DNA of 64,000 nt from Octopus sinensis. Lineage: Eukaryota. Positions 26,366-39,686 of this stretch are shown here, piece after piece. Under the pieces are notes generated by a model. The model worked only from the letters and a program-made list of their open reading frames with translations. It was not told where the DNA came from and ran no database searches. The stretch's first letter is position 1, and every line of letters begins with the position of its first letter. Where the stretch lies: NCBI RefSeq assembly GCF_006345805.1, contig NC_042998.1:19468001-19532000 (forward strand). The letters are read 5' to 3'. Position numbers and translations under genes: made by a program.

Positions 26366-27094
26366 TCTATTTGCAAATGAAAGCCAATAGCTTGAGATGA
26401 TTAACATGGGTTGTGTGACATTGATCTTGATACTCTATCAATCCATCTTAAGTTATATTCCTAAATTATGATCACAGATATTCGTAGTATATTATGAAGC
26501 AAATACAAGATCATGTGACCATCGATTGCAAGCGAGTGACATGGAGTGAGAGAGGGGCAGGAAGAGAAACTGGCAGATTTGTAATATATAGGTATGTAAT
26601 AAATAACAACATGCATCGACGCGTTGCAAATGCCTAGCCAAAAAGAAGAGTTCAACGTATGTAATTATTTTGACAATATCGTGAAAACATTGAAGGACAT
26701 AACTTATGTGTTCACTAACTAAAGAAAATTCAATTCTTATGAGCTCGAAAGGACACAAATTTAACGAGCATTTATTCTACTCTTCACAATCTTGGTCGTA
26801 TTCCGACGGTAAATATAATAACTGGCCCTATTACAATTAACTGTCATTATTTAAATGTGGTGATTAATAATGTTACTCTAGTGAACTCGACATGTAATTG
26901 CTTTGACATACACGAAAGAAAAATAGTGGTTTGTATGGACGAGTCTATCATTGTGAGGTTAGAGCAACGAATAATATATGATTGCCATGGCAGTTGGATA
27001 TATATTCAGCTCATTATGCCAAAGTAAAACAATAACATATAGCCAATCATTTCGCCTTTATCTCATCATTATGAGCGTTTTTATCCATATGTCG

Positions 27095-27326
27095 ACCTCT
27101 TTACTACCCTCAAGGGGCTAAACACAGAGAGGACAAACAAGGACAGACAAACGGATTTAGTCGATTATATCGACACCAGTGCGTAACTGGCACTTATTTA
27201 ATAGACCCCGAAAGGATGAAAGGTAAAGTCGACCTCGGTGGAATTTGAACTCGGAACGTAACTGCAAGCGAAACACGGCTAAGCGTTTCGCCCGGCGTGC
27301 TAACGTTTCAGCCAGCTCACCGCCTT
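27095..27326 (-). mobile_element. SINE family B monomer with 18-bp target-site duplication
   Basis: TSD GTTTTTATCCATATGTCG at 27077-27094 and 27327-27344. Confidence 0.93.
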
Positions 27327-27726
27327 GTTTTTATCCATATGTCGTCACGGCAAAGGTTTCTGCTGTGCTATACTTTTTTTCAAACATAGAAATATTGATA
27401 TTTTAATATTTCTATTTTTGGAAACCAGTGGATGTATTTCACTGAATTTAGGTAAATAATCCTACGAACAGATGGTTAGTAGCGACGCCTGCTGGGTCCT
27501 GCTGCTCTGCAATGATAAGGGGCAAATACCCTGAAGCTAGTCTGCAGATGCCTAAACAGTAAGGGGAAGCGTCTGACCTCTCCTGTTCCAATGTTATAAT
27601 GGACGCAGGTTCGTGTGTCACATAGCTACCTAGAGGCGATGGCCTCTTGGAGCTAATCAACGGCAGCATTCAGAAATATAGGGGCAGGATTTGCGTTGCG
27701 AAAATGCAACGTATACTCTTCGCTTC

Positions 27727-28105
27727 TATTTGTTTCAGTCATGTGACTCTGGCCATGCTGAAGCACCGCCTTTAGTTGAGCAAATCGACCCCAGGATTTA
27801 TTCTTTGTAAGCCTAGTACTTATTCTGCCGGTCTCTTTTGCCGAACCGCTAAGTTACGGGGATGTAAACACACCAGCATCGGTTGTCATGCTATGCTGGG
27901 AGGGACAAACACAGAAACACAAACACACAGACATGTATTTACATATATATGACGGGCTTCTTTCAGTTTCCGTCTACCAAATCCACTCACAAGGATTTGG
28001 TCAGCACGAGGGTATAGTAGAAAGCAAGTGTGCCATGCAGTGGGAATGAACCCAGAACCATGTGGTTCGTAAGCAAGCAACTTACCACACAGCCACTCCT
28101 ACGCC
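27727..28105 (-). mobile_element. SINE family A
   Basis: Collinear with the consensus of the other copies. Confidence 0.88.
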
Positions 28106-28414
28106 TATAAAAATGAAAATATAAAGCTTGTCACTTTTCAGAGTTGTAGAAATATTTTAAAGAAATTATTACATTTATAAAATAAAGCGTATGGCAGCTA
28201 CGGGCCTTTGCAATTTGCCAAGTTCTTAGATACGAAATCACAATGATTTCTATTTGTCGGTTAAATATTGGCCTTGTGCAAAAGAGTAGCGTACAGAATC
28301 TCAGGCATGAATTGTTGCTCAAAAATCTACGATGCTTCAGTAAACGTAAAGTTGAGTCTGATTATACGTGATCTCTTCATTTGTACGTTATTGTGTATAA
28401 ATACTGATGATATA

Positions 28415-28584
28415 GGCGCAGGAGTGGCTGTGTGGTAAGTAGCTTGCTTACCAACCACATGGTTCCGGGTTCAGTCCCACTGCGTGGCATCTTGGGCAAG
28501 TGTCTTCTGCTATAGCCCCGGGCCGACCAATGCCTTGTGAGTGGATTTGGTAGACGAAAACTGAAAGAAGCCTGTCGTATATAT

Positions 28585-28618
<34 letters not shown>

Positions 28619-28833
28619 ATGTGTTTGTGTGTCTGTGTTTGTCCCCCTAGCATTGCTTGACAACCGATGCTGGTGTGTTTACGTCCCCGTAACTTAGCGG
28701 TTTGGCAAAAGAGACCGATAAAATAAGTACTGGGCTTACAAAGAATAAATCCCGGGGTCGATTTGCTCGACTAAAGGCGGTGCTCCAGCATGGCCGCAGT
28801 CAAATGACTGAAACAAGTAAAAGAGTAAAAGAG
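28415..28833 (+). mobile_element. SINE family A (well-preserved copy)
   Basis: Complete head, body, tail and (GAGTAAAA)n end. Confidence 0.92.
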
Positions 28834-29679
28834 AGAGAGTATATCAATAAATTTATGTAAACAATGAAGATAATATATATTGTGTGTACACGACAAATAA
28901 ATGCACTGAAATGGATAAGTTATAAATGCACACACAAACACAGACGTATACACACACAGAGCCATAAATGTATGTATGTGCGTGTGTGCTTTTGCATGTA
29001 TGTATGTAAGAATGTAAATATGCTTTCATGTATGTTTGTATTTATGTATATATGTGTGTAGGATGCGGATGCCTCTTTGGATCCGCAGTATAATGAATAT
29101 ATTGGAAATTCCATTTAAGAATTTGGAATTCTTTGTATTGATTTAGTTTCTAACAAATTATAAGAACTTATAATTTAGAAAACATTTATCTTATATATGA
29201 AATTAAAGGTATAATTAAAAGGAGTTATGTATTTAAATGTAAAGATATTTCCTTTCCAGGTTCTTAATTATCCAATTAACAAGTATTTACAATGCTATAA
29301 AATTCTTTACATCGAAACGTTAAACTTCGTAAATCAAATAGACATGCGAATGTATTTAGAATAAATAGGATAAAGGTCGTAATAAACCTTCTTATTTGAA
29401 TTTCTATCTCATTCCAATCTAATAAAACGAATGGAATACGCAGTAAATATGACAGCACAATATTATATAAAAACAAAAACAAGAACACTTAACCTATCCA
29501 AAATATGCATGCTCAATTAAAGTAGATCTAAGGATTAAATCAATGCATATTTAATGAGTTGAAAGCATTTCAAATGAAGTGTAGATTTGTAAATCATGTG
29601 TTTAAAACTAATTTATGTACTGCATAAATATCATACACACACACACATACACATACACATACACACATATATATGTATG

Positions 29680-29764
<85 letters not shown>

Positions 29765-30745
29765 CATATATTTATATATTTATGTATGTATAGATATAAA
29801 TATATATGTGTATGTATATATCATGAATACATACACACACACACATATATATATATACATAAATATATATATACATACATACATAAATATACATATGTAT
29901 ATGTATACATATAGCAACATATACGTGTGTGTGTGTATGAAAATAAATATGTCTATGTATGTGAGTGTTGTGTGTATCTTTAGTATGTATGCATGTTTGT
30001 AATCTTTATCTGTTTTATACACGCGCTATGATAATCACTAGTTGTATAAAGAAAAATAATCTTTAAGAGTGAAAACAGTAATAAATAAATACATGATGCA
30101 TACGTTATAAAGACTATAATTAATGATTGTAAACTACATCAAAGAGCGCATGGAATCGAGAAAACTCGGAAGTGATATCAGACGCGCTGTTTGAATTATA
30201 TGTGGTGTACTGGTAGTCGTAATGCATTTGAAGGTCGATTTGCTTTAATGATCTTGTGTATTTATTTATATATTTGTATGTCTTTGGAACTGGCGAAAAA
30301 TCCCGTCGTGGCTTAAAAGTTTCCAAAATCCCCGAATCATTGGATAATTGTTTTTGACGGTGAGCATCAGAACTAAGGAAGTTTTGCAAGGGACGTCACT
30401 CGGGAATCACTGCTTTTGGAAAGAATGCTCGACGGTGTTAAGTTTTTTACCAAATGTGCATCTTAGAAGATATACATAAGCACATACACCATGCTTATAT
30501 ATACTTGCATATATACTCTCATTCATACATATTGCTGTGTACGTGTGTGCGCAGGCGAGCGTGTCTCCGTGTGTTTGTCTATGTGTTTGTGTGTCTGGTT
30601 GTCTATGTGACCGTGTGTATACTTTTATCAACACACACCTGGATCAGGTATTAAATGACCCACTCTGTGGTGTAGCAATACAATTGTTTTGACAAGATTC
30701 ATGTGCCTGTAACTAGAATATAGTTCCCAACACATATATATATAT

Positions 30746-30807
<62 letters not shown>

Positions 30808-30808
<1 letters not shown>

Positions 30809-30983
30809 CCTTTTGGTTAAGATCAAAGTGTAGTATCTGTTCTTATCAGCTTAATATCTGATTCGGTCCCTATTTGGGACCATCGATATTAAACTGATTT
30901 TTAGAACAAGGCGATGAGTTAGGGGCTTGCTCCGCCTTTGCTACGGGTTGGCCTGATATAGCAGTACTTCCAGGATTCATACC
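30808..30983 (+). pseudogene. U2: U2 snRNA retrocopy, lacking ~11 nt at the 5' end
   Basis: GCCTTTTGGTTAAGATCAAAGTGTAGTATCTGTTCTTATCAGCTTAATATCTGAT...GGGGCTTGCTCC...GCAGTAC. The GTAGTA branch-pairing motif is intact, the Sm site reads ATTTTTA, and upstream is pure (TA)n with no promoter. Confidence 0.93.
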
Positions 30984-30994
30984 ATAATTTAGAG

Positions 30995-31046
30995 AATGGC
31001 GGTTCCCCAGCATGGCCACAGCTCATGAGGTGAAATTAGATGAAAT
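30995..31046 (+). mobile_element. SINE-A-like 3' tail directly downstream of the U2 copy
   Basis: GGCGGTTCCCCAGCATGGCCACAG matches the family A tail GGCGGTGCTCCAGCATGGCCGCAG at 21/24. Confidence 0.7.
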
Positions 31047-31689
31047 TAATATATATATAAGTGTCTTATACTACATTTTTCTGGATAGGTTTTCGCTACA
31101 TTCCTACAATAGATATACTTTATCTTTGAAATATGAAGTGACAACCCTGTTACTTTCTCCTTCTGTGTATTTCTGACCCAATCACACACTTATCACGTCA
31201 CAAACTGGCATTGTAATATAATGCGCAGTAAAACGAATAACTACAACACAATACCAAATGAGAAAGCGAATATGTATCAAATAATTTAGATGAAATATAT
31301 TTCAAATGTATTTTCCCGTTTATTTAATTCCGATAGGAATACAGTGACAGTGCCGACATCAATGTGTCCAGTAAGTGGTGAAATATTTCCTGCAGTTAAG
31401 TGGTTTGAGGTTACAGGAGTCCGATATATAATAATAGAGATTCGACAGATGATATAATCTGACAGCGTAACAGAAAATACCATTCATCAGAATACATAAT
31501 ACGAGGCTCAGATACGGGCGTTCTCATCAGCCTATATATTGATGATATTTTAATAACCCGGACCACCAATCACATGTGTATGCACCTACAATTCATATAC
31601 ACAGACGACACAACGATTAAATATATGTAATAGACTGTATGTGATATTTAATAACATTTGATATGAGTAGGTTATATATATATATGATT

Positions 31690-31890
31690 CAAAATGTGAC
31701 CGCGTGTGTACCGTTGGCGATTTTTTACCTCTGTCTTCCCTTCTCTGGTTCTTTCCTTCTCCTATGTTTCCGACGAAGAGCTCCGCTCGAAACGTTAAAC
31801 CCTCCTTCTTTCCTTCTTTCCTGAGCGTCCAATAATACTAAATTATTCCACGTCCTCGTGTTGTTGTGTTTTTTTTTTTGTGCTTTCATG
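31690..31890 (+). mobile_element. Penelope pLTR-like fragment with hammerhead-like motif at 31766-31800
   Basis: GTTT-CCGACGA-A-GAGC-TCC-GCTC-GAAA-CGTT-AAAC (core U4 changed to C), flanked by (TA)n; related to 32330-32520. Confidence 0.55.
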
Positions 31891-31897
31891 TTTGAAT

Positions 31898-31953
<56 letters not shown>

Positions 31954-31960
<7 letters not shown>

Positions 31961-32210
31961 TAAAGGACTGACCACTAAAATTGGACAGTCAATATGCTGC
32001 ATATACGTAAATATTAACAAGTGAAACTGATCGGTACATAGGTAATCGTTTTTTATTTCGTATATTTTCATTTGTCTTGCTTATTGTTTACACGTTGGTT
32101 TTGTGCTGAGTTTTTTCTTGAGAACACATTCTTCGTGGAAAATAGCAATTTTGACGTCTATATCGAGCATATTGACTGTCAACTTTTAGTGGTCAGTCAT
32201 TTAAATTTTG
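31954..32210. mobile_element. MITE with ~50-bp TIRs and TA flanks
   Basis: aaaatttaaaggactgaccactaaaattggacagtcaatatgct on the left versus agcatattgactgtcaacttttagtggtcagtcatttaaatttt on the right. Confidence 0.8.
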
Positions 32211-32329
32211 TATGTAAAAATATTTATATCTTCGTATTTTTTTTAATATGCTAGGCCACTGCTTTTAATTGATTAATATCAATTTCTACCCTTATTCAAT
32301 TTTATATATATATATATTTATATTTATAT

Positions 32330-32725
<396 letters not shown>

Positions 32726-32740
32726 ATATATATTATATAT

Positions 32741-32824
<84 letters not shown>

Positions 32825-32826
32825 CA

Positions 32827-33404
32827 TTCAATAATGAGGGTGAAAAAAATTTTAGGTATTAATTCAACAATACCCTTATTTTAACACCAAGCGACCTAGC
32901 ACAATTAACCGGTGAGACAAATACATATTTATCCGTAAATATAAGAGATCCAACTTTGAATATGTTACCTCTAGTGCTAGAAATAGCTCCACCGGTATAG
33001 TCGCCAACGATAATTCCACATAGAAATATCACCACACTCAACGTAATGAAATTGAAATACAACTAAAAAATGGATTAATGTTATACAATTGTTTCTTCAT
33101 CAACAAAATAAGGAAATAATACTCACATAACTGTCTATGAATCATCAGTAACATTTGTCGATGCAATTACTCAGACCCCTACAGGCGACGATTACCCATG
33201 TGGTCTGATCAATTACATTCAGGGTTGTAGTTACAAATTCCCCGCCGAAAGCAAATGCTAAGACTTAGTAGAAGTGAATACGGCATGTAATATTTACTGC
33301 AGCGTATCAAATTCATAAATTCAATAATGAGGGTGAAAAAAATTTTAGGTATTAATTCAATAATACCCTTATTTTAACATCAAGCGACCTAGCACAATTA
33401 ACCG
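32827..33404. repeat. 85-bp direct repeats (32827-32911 and 33320-33404) around a 408-bp unique segment
   Basis: Two mismatches between the copies by eye. Confidence 0.9.
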
Positions 33405-34896
33405 AGGGTGAATACTTGATAAGTGTAAGCACCTGTATATGCCAGCTAGTAGCAGGGGTGAGAGAGTATATGCATCAAATGAAATAAAAAAACAGAACAC
33501 AAAGTATGTCGCTGTATACGTGTTTCAAGCATTATACAACAACCTATTCTTACATCAATGTATAATCGACATAACAAATGGTTTAAAGCTCTCTTCAGCC
33601 GCATGCAATTGCTATACCAAAAACTTCCATCACATTATGAAAAAACCGAAAATGTACATTTTGTATTATCTATAATGGTGGGTATATTGAGTTGCACAGA
33701 GAAAGTATGTTTGTATATTTTCATAATCAAATAGGTATGTATTGGACTTCAAATAGGTATGTATTGGACTTCAAAAATCCGTCCATACACTATCATCAGT
33801 CAACATAGAGTGAATGTTGAGTAAATTCTCTGTGCAACAATTTGTATATGTATGTGTGCATATATGACCGCACACATGCACACACACACTCATGCACACA
33901 TATACACCCACATGCACACACACTCATAGGCACACACAGAAATACACTTACACACGTGCTCACGAACGCACACACATATATGCACACACCCCTATGCACG
34001 TGTATTAAAATACAAACGTTTGGATGTATGCTATCTTATCTTTACATCTGTATACTGACACATATTTGTGTATGTGTGTGAGTTTGTGTGTGTATTTACG
34101 TGTGTATTTGTGTGTGTGTGTGTGTGTAACGAGGGAAAGAGAGAGATCATTTAATGCTTTTAATGGTTATATATTGATAGCACTATTACTAAAGTTTTTA
34201 TTTTATGCGAATTAGAATTTGGCACAATTCGAAATAATAAGGCCATACTTATGTTGAGGTTTGTATTTGTGTCACCCAAACACTTGACGAACAGTGATGT
34301 TTTGTTCATGTTCTCGTAAGCTAGCAGATCGGCAAGTACAGTTGAACAAACATATGTACTGGATTCGATTTTTTGTAGTCTAAATCCTTCAAAGTAGTGC
34401 TCCAGCAGAGCCACAGTCTAATGACTGAAATTAATAATGGAAAACAGAAAATGTAAAAAAAAATCCATATTTTTTTATATTAAAAAACTTAAACGGTAAA
34501 ATTTTTAAATGTAATACGTTAATCACTACATCAAATCTGTGAACATGGCATTTGATATTACACACTGTTAGTTACTAAATAAAACCTTTGAATATATTTC
34601 TTTATTGTCATGACAACTTTGTATTTGGAACATATTTTTATTATATTTTGTAAAATCAAAAAGCGTATATCATTTTAATAGTGTCTCCATATAATTCTCT
34701 GATCCGTTAGTATATTTTTATATCTATTGTGTTTTAAGGCTAGAACTGAGATCATTTGACTTCAACCAGAGTATCTGTCGTTTGTCTATCTAAGCAATTG
34801 TTTAGGGTCAATCAAGGCATGTTTTGTCCAATGTTAAGAGTTTTGGGGTATCATTTTCGTAATTTCATTGCTCCAACGTTGGTTGTAAATAGGAGG

Positions 34897-35229
34897 AGAT
34901 CCCCTTCGGTCATGAATGACTATGGGATTGCACCTAAAATTTACCCTCCGAGGCACAAGTCAGGGCAAGATTATTTGTGGTAGACCAGAAGTCGCCCATG
35001 CATACCAACCTACCCTCTCCACGACACTGATGTAATCCAAGGGAAAGGCAAATGCCGATACATCCTGGCACCAGTGATGTCACAAATCATTTCTTACAGC
35101 TGAGTTAACTGAAGCAACATGAAATGTAATGTCTTGCTCAAGAACACAACACAAAGCCCGGTCCGGGAATCGAACTCACAACTTCACTACCGTAAGCTCT
35201 ACGCTCTAAACTCTGAGCCATGCGCCTTC
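34897..35229 (-). mobile_element. SINE family E
   Basis: Collinear with 22772-23116. Confidence 0.82.
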
Positions 35230-35294
35230 GGTGGGTGTAAATGAAGCAAACTTAATTTATGAAAAACTAACTTTTAAATCACCAAACCTTGCTA

Positions 35295-35690
35295 AAATAA
35301 GTCAAGTTAAGTTAAGTTCATTTTTTGGCTCAAAAAAAAAAAAGGGAGGCCATGTAGGGGGACATGGAGTTATGTACAGGGTGGTGTTCATGTAAGGAGT
35401 TCAGGCCACTTCTGGTCAAGGGAGACTTTGAACCAAGCGGTCGTCGGCATCTTCACTATCTCGTCCGGCAGCTTATTCCACGGATCCGCAACCCGGACGG
35501 AGAAAGCCCCTCTCCTTCGATTGAAATGAAATCGTCGCAGATAGAGCTTTTCGGAGTGACCCCGCAGCCGACGCTCTGGAGCAGGAGTGAAGAACAGCTC
35601 TTTCGAGAGTTTACACTTTCCGTTTATGATGTTGTGAGCGAGAATGAGATCAGCACGGCACAATTTCACTCTCTGTATCGATAAGTAACC
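35295..35690 (-). mobile_element. 3' fragment of a CR1-type LINE with (AACTT)n tail
   Basis: Peptide RADLILAHNIING...RRLRGHSEKL...RRGAFSVRVADPWNKLP...FKVSLD is a CR1 ORF2 C-terminus. Confidence 0.85.
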
Positions 35691-36043
35691 CATCCTGCTC
35701 AAAAGGTCCCTGATTAAGAGTTGTTTGAGGATGTTGAACGAAACACCTATGTTTCCAGAGGTGAATTATTCAAACCCCAAATAATCCCTCTCAACACATA
35801 GCTATGATGCTCCCCCACTACTTCTGCACGTGGTCAGAGATGAACATATCGTCAGCCACTAAGGGACATGGTCAACTAGTTAAGGTGAAACAACTGCCAA
35901 GCAAATCTGTGGTATTGGGCAGATAATTTGCTGTAGCCCCTCTTTTATACCAAAGACAAAACAAAGTACGGGATAACACTTCCAATCAGTTAAGATCAGA
36001 AGCCATGAGAGCCACTGCCTGGTACTGCATCAGGGCATTTATT

Positions 36044-36093
<50 letters not shown>

Positions 36094-36703
36094 TTTTGTT
36101 AATATATACAAACTAATATATTTGTAACAGTTTTTAGACTGATCATAGTAGCATTGCATCAAAAGATTGCTATCATTAATATGCATCAACTGCCACGCTA
36201 TATATCGATCAAATATCAAAAATCAACATATTTTTTTTCAGTAAATTAGTATTGTCATATGTTATGTAACAACTGTGACTTTGAAGTGGAAAATAAAATC
36301 AGTATGCCAGGCAATACTTGATTCTATAAGTACTATGATTGTAAATTGAAATTATTTGATTTATTCATCTTTCTTTGTTCATTCTTTATTATTTTATTAA
36401 CATTTTTAAAAATATATTTTTCATAGATATTTATTACAATTATGATTTCTCATTTTTACTTGTTTATTTCATTTGAGTAAAATTTGCTTTGTCGTTTATT
36501 CTTTCCATATTTTTTTATCTTTATTTTCCTGACGATACAATATGTAAATCTGTCCTTCAATGTTTTTCATTTCGGTGTCGTCGCCTTACTACCAAGAACG
36601 TTATGAAAAGCAAAATATATTTTCCAAAGAAATTTATTCGTGATGTAACTGAAATATAGTAATTAAATCGAATAACTCACTGAGACAAACACACTTACAC
36701 ACG

Positions 36704-36759
<56 letters not shown>

Positions 36760-36824
36760 ATCTACATATGTGCCTGTGTCTGTATGTACAGATATATGCA
36801 TATATATATAAATATATATATATA

Positions 36825-37037
36825 TTGGGTTGTCCGGAAAATTCGTGCCGATTTTTAAAGGAGAGAAAAAAGTCAATAAATTGAAATTTTTACCATTAAC
36901 ACTATTCTGCAGAGACATGAAATACTGTGCTCTAAATTTAGGTGTAGTCAAATCCTGTTTTATGGATTCAACCATGTTCTAAAATAAATCGAAAGATAAG
37001 CTACTAGAAATCAGGTCTAACTTTCCGGACAACCCAA
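36825..37037. mobile_element. Mariner-type MITE (213 bp)
   Basis: 16-bp perfect TIR TTGGGTTGTCCGGAAA with TA on both sides, inside a (TA)n tract. Confidence 0.88.
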
Positions 37038-37046
37038 TATATATAT

Positions 37047-38517
37047 ATACTTTGATACTTTGATAGGTTTCGGCCATTATTGGCCCAGGCCATGTCTAAC
37101 TTAATAGCACCACCTGGTGAAGTCTTTCAAGTCAGAATTTGGGCACTATGGCCCCCTCAAGTAGAGAGTTATTGTTTACAGAGACATATCCGGGTGTAGG
37201 GGGTTTATCCGGGATTTCTTGAAGGAATCTGTCCAAAGACTTCTTGAACCCTATAGGGTCAGTTTCTGTTTTAATGTGTTTTGGTGTAATGTTAAAGAGA
37301 GCGGGGCCAATTGAGGTGAAATAATTGTGCCGTATTGTTGTTATGAGATGAGAGTGCGATTTTTGTTTTGGGCGGATGGCACGGGGCCCAAGCCTGGGAT
37401 GTACCTTAAAGGTGATGCCAACATCATTTGGGCAATGCTGATGGAATATTTTCCACATCATGCAGATGATGTAGCGCTCATGACGACGTTGGAGAGAATA
37501 AAGTTTTAGCTTTTCTAGTCGACCCCAATAGTCGAGGCCTGTCATGCCATCTATCATTTTTGTGATTGCCCTTTGAGGTGCTTCAACTTTTATGATACCT
37601 TGTATTGTGTGGGGAGACCACAGTGGACAACAGTATTCAAGGTGGGCTCGGGCAAAAGTGGAGAAGAGAAGGATAATAGTGTGGATATCTCTCGACTGGA
37701 AAGTTCTGAGAATCCAGGAACACATTCTGCGGGCCATGTCAACTTTGGTGTTTATATGAGTGGCCCAGCTTATGTTGTTGTCCACAATTACTCCCAAGTC
37801 TCTGATGTTGTTGGACGCCGCGAGAGTTTCACCTGAAGGAAGGGAGTATGGGAGTTTCAGGGCATCCTCTTTTCCAAAGTGGATTAACTCAAATTTATCC
37901 TCGTTCAGCAGCATATTGTTTTTTTCTGCCCATTGGATAACAGCCAGTAGATCTGACTGAAGGCATGTCCGGTCACTCGCCTCATTTATGACCTTCTGTA
38001 GCTTGGAATCATCTGCAAAGATTTTTATGTTGCTGTGCTTGATGATGTCATTAATGTCATTAATGTAAATGATGAAAAGAAGTGGGCCCAGCACAGTGCC
38101 TTGCGGAACGCCACTACTGACTTTGGCTGGGCTTGATTTTACCCCTTCAACTACAACATGTTGAGATCTGTCTGTCAGGAAACACTTGATCCATTTCAGT
38201 AACTTTCCAGAGACACCAATGTTGGATAGTTTTTTCAATAGGATCTTGTGATCGACCCTGTCGAAGGCCTTACTGAAATCAAGGTAGATGACATCGGTGT
38301 TGGAGCCCTCTCCCAAAGCTCTCAAAATGTCATCAAAAGGGATGCAGGAGCTGCGTTAGGCAGTCCCTTCCATTACGGAACCCATGTTGGTTGGAGATCA
38401 GCCGTCTGTTGCTTTCCAGAAATTGGGTTATTCGAGATCTCACCACCCTCTCAAATACCTTGATGATATGAGAGGTGAGTGAGATCGGACGGTAGTTCAC
38501 TGAGATCGGACGGTAGT
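37047..38517 (-). mobile_element. 5'-truncated CR1/L2-group LINE (RT domain to 3' end)
   Basis: [41 protein letters not shown] and LEYCCPLWSP motifs; one frameshift at ~38335; (TATCAAAG)2 tail; (TA)n on both sides. Confidence 0.95.
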
Positions 38518-38518
38518 G

Positions 38519-38570
<52 letters not shown>

Positions 38571-38637
38571 GGATGTATGTATATGTTTCTATATGTATAA
38601 ATACATATATATCTGTATGTATGTATAAATACAAATA

Positions 38638-38702
<65 letters not shown>

Positions 38703-39560
38703 TTATGTTTGTATGTATGTATGGAGCGAGCGTACGCGCGTGTCTCAATTTGTGTGTGTACATTTTTAATGAATAGTATAAGGTGTGAGTTCAAATAATG
38801 GTAGAGTATCACAGAAAACATATCTTACTAAGTCGGCTATCTGCCCAATTAGTAATCTAATAAAATAAATGGTAAAGTAGATTTTCCACGTAAATCATAT
38901 ATCCAGAAAATCCGAGCTTTGTAATTATAACATCGAGTGTGAATGAAAACAAAATCTGATATGAGTTGTTCGTTTGGATTAATTTGAGAATATACAATTC
39001 CATTGCATACTGCTGAGAATGAAATCTTGTAGGTATAATTGCAATGGTGCAATTAATCATACCTGAGTTACGAAAAAGCTGTAATCATATACAAGCACGT
39101 GTTAATGTGTGTGTGTTTTACCTTTTAAGAATGTTACTTTTTTCAGACATTTGTATGTGGCCATTCAGGTGCACTATCCTGAATATTTTGGTCCAATGGA
39201 TCGACTCACTACATTTTTTTAAAGCCTGATTTTGTTCTATCAATCAATTTTGGCGTACCGCTAAGTTACAGTGACGGAAACACACCAACGACGGTTGAAA
39301 AGCGGTGGTGGTGGTAGGGTCGAACACAAACACAAAGAGAGAAGCATAGAAACACCCACCCATACATATATATTTACATATATATACATATATATAGACA
39401 ATGGAATTCTTACAGTTTCCGTCCACCAACCCATCCATAAGGCATTGGTCTGTCAGAGATTACAATGTAAAAGACTTGTCCAAGATGCCACACAGTGAGG
39501 CTGACCCCAGAACCACACAGCCTCAAACGTATGTATATCTTTATGTATATATATATATAT

Positions 39561-39601
<41 letters not shown>

Positions 39602-39638
39602 ATAGATAGATAGATAATAGATAGATAGATAGATAGAT

Positions 39639-39686
<48 letters not shown>

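Noticed and set aside
30808-30983. Functional U2 gene or a Keno-type insertion target
   Set aside because: The 5' end is missing, there is no upstream promoter, the Sm site and stem I are mutated, and no element interrupts it.
31505-31535. CTGATGAG on the minus strand as another hammerhead
   Set aside because: No stem II/GAAA or stem I partner follows.
33728-33775. Short tandem duplications (22 bp here; 15 bp at ~12015, 17 bp at ~46522, ~46 bp at ~63210)
   Set aside because: Ordinary slippage-type duplications with no further structure.
35700-36092. Possible further SINE/LINE 3' end with an (ATC)n tail
   Set aside because: Only one copy is in the window and it has no diagnostic motif, so it cannot be classified from this sequence.
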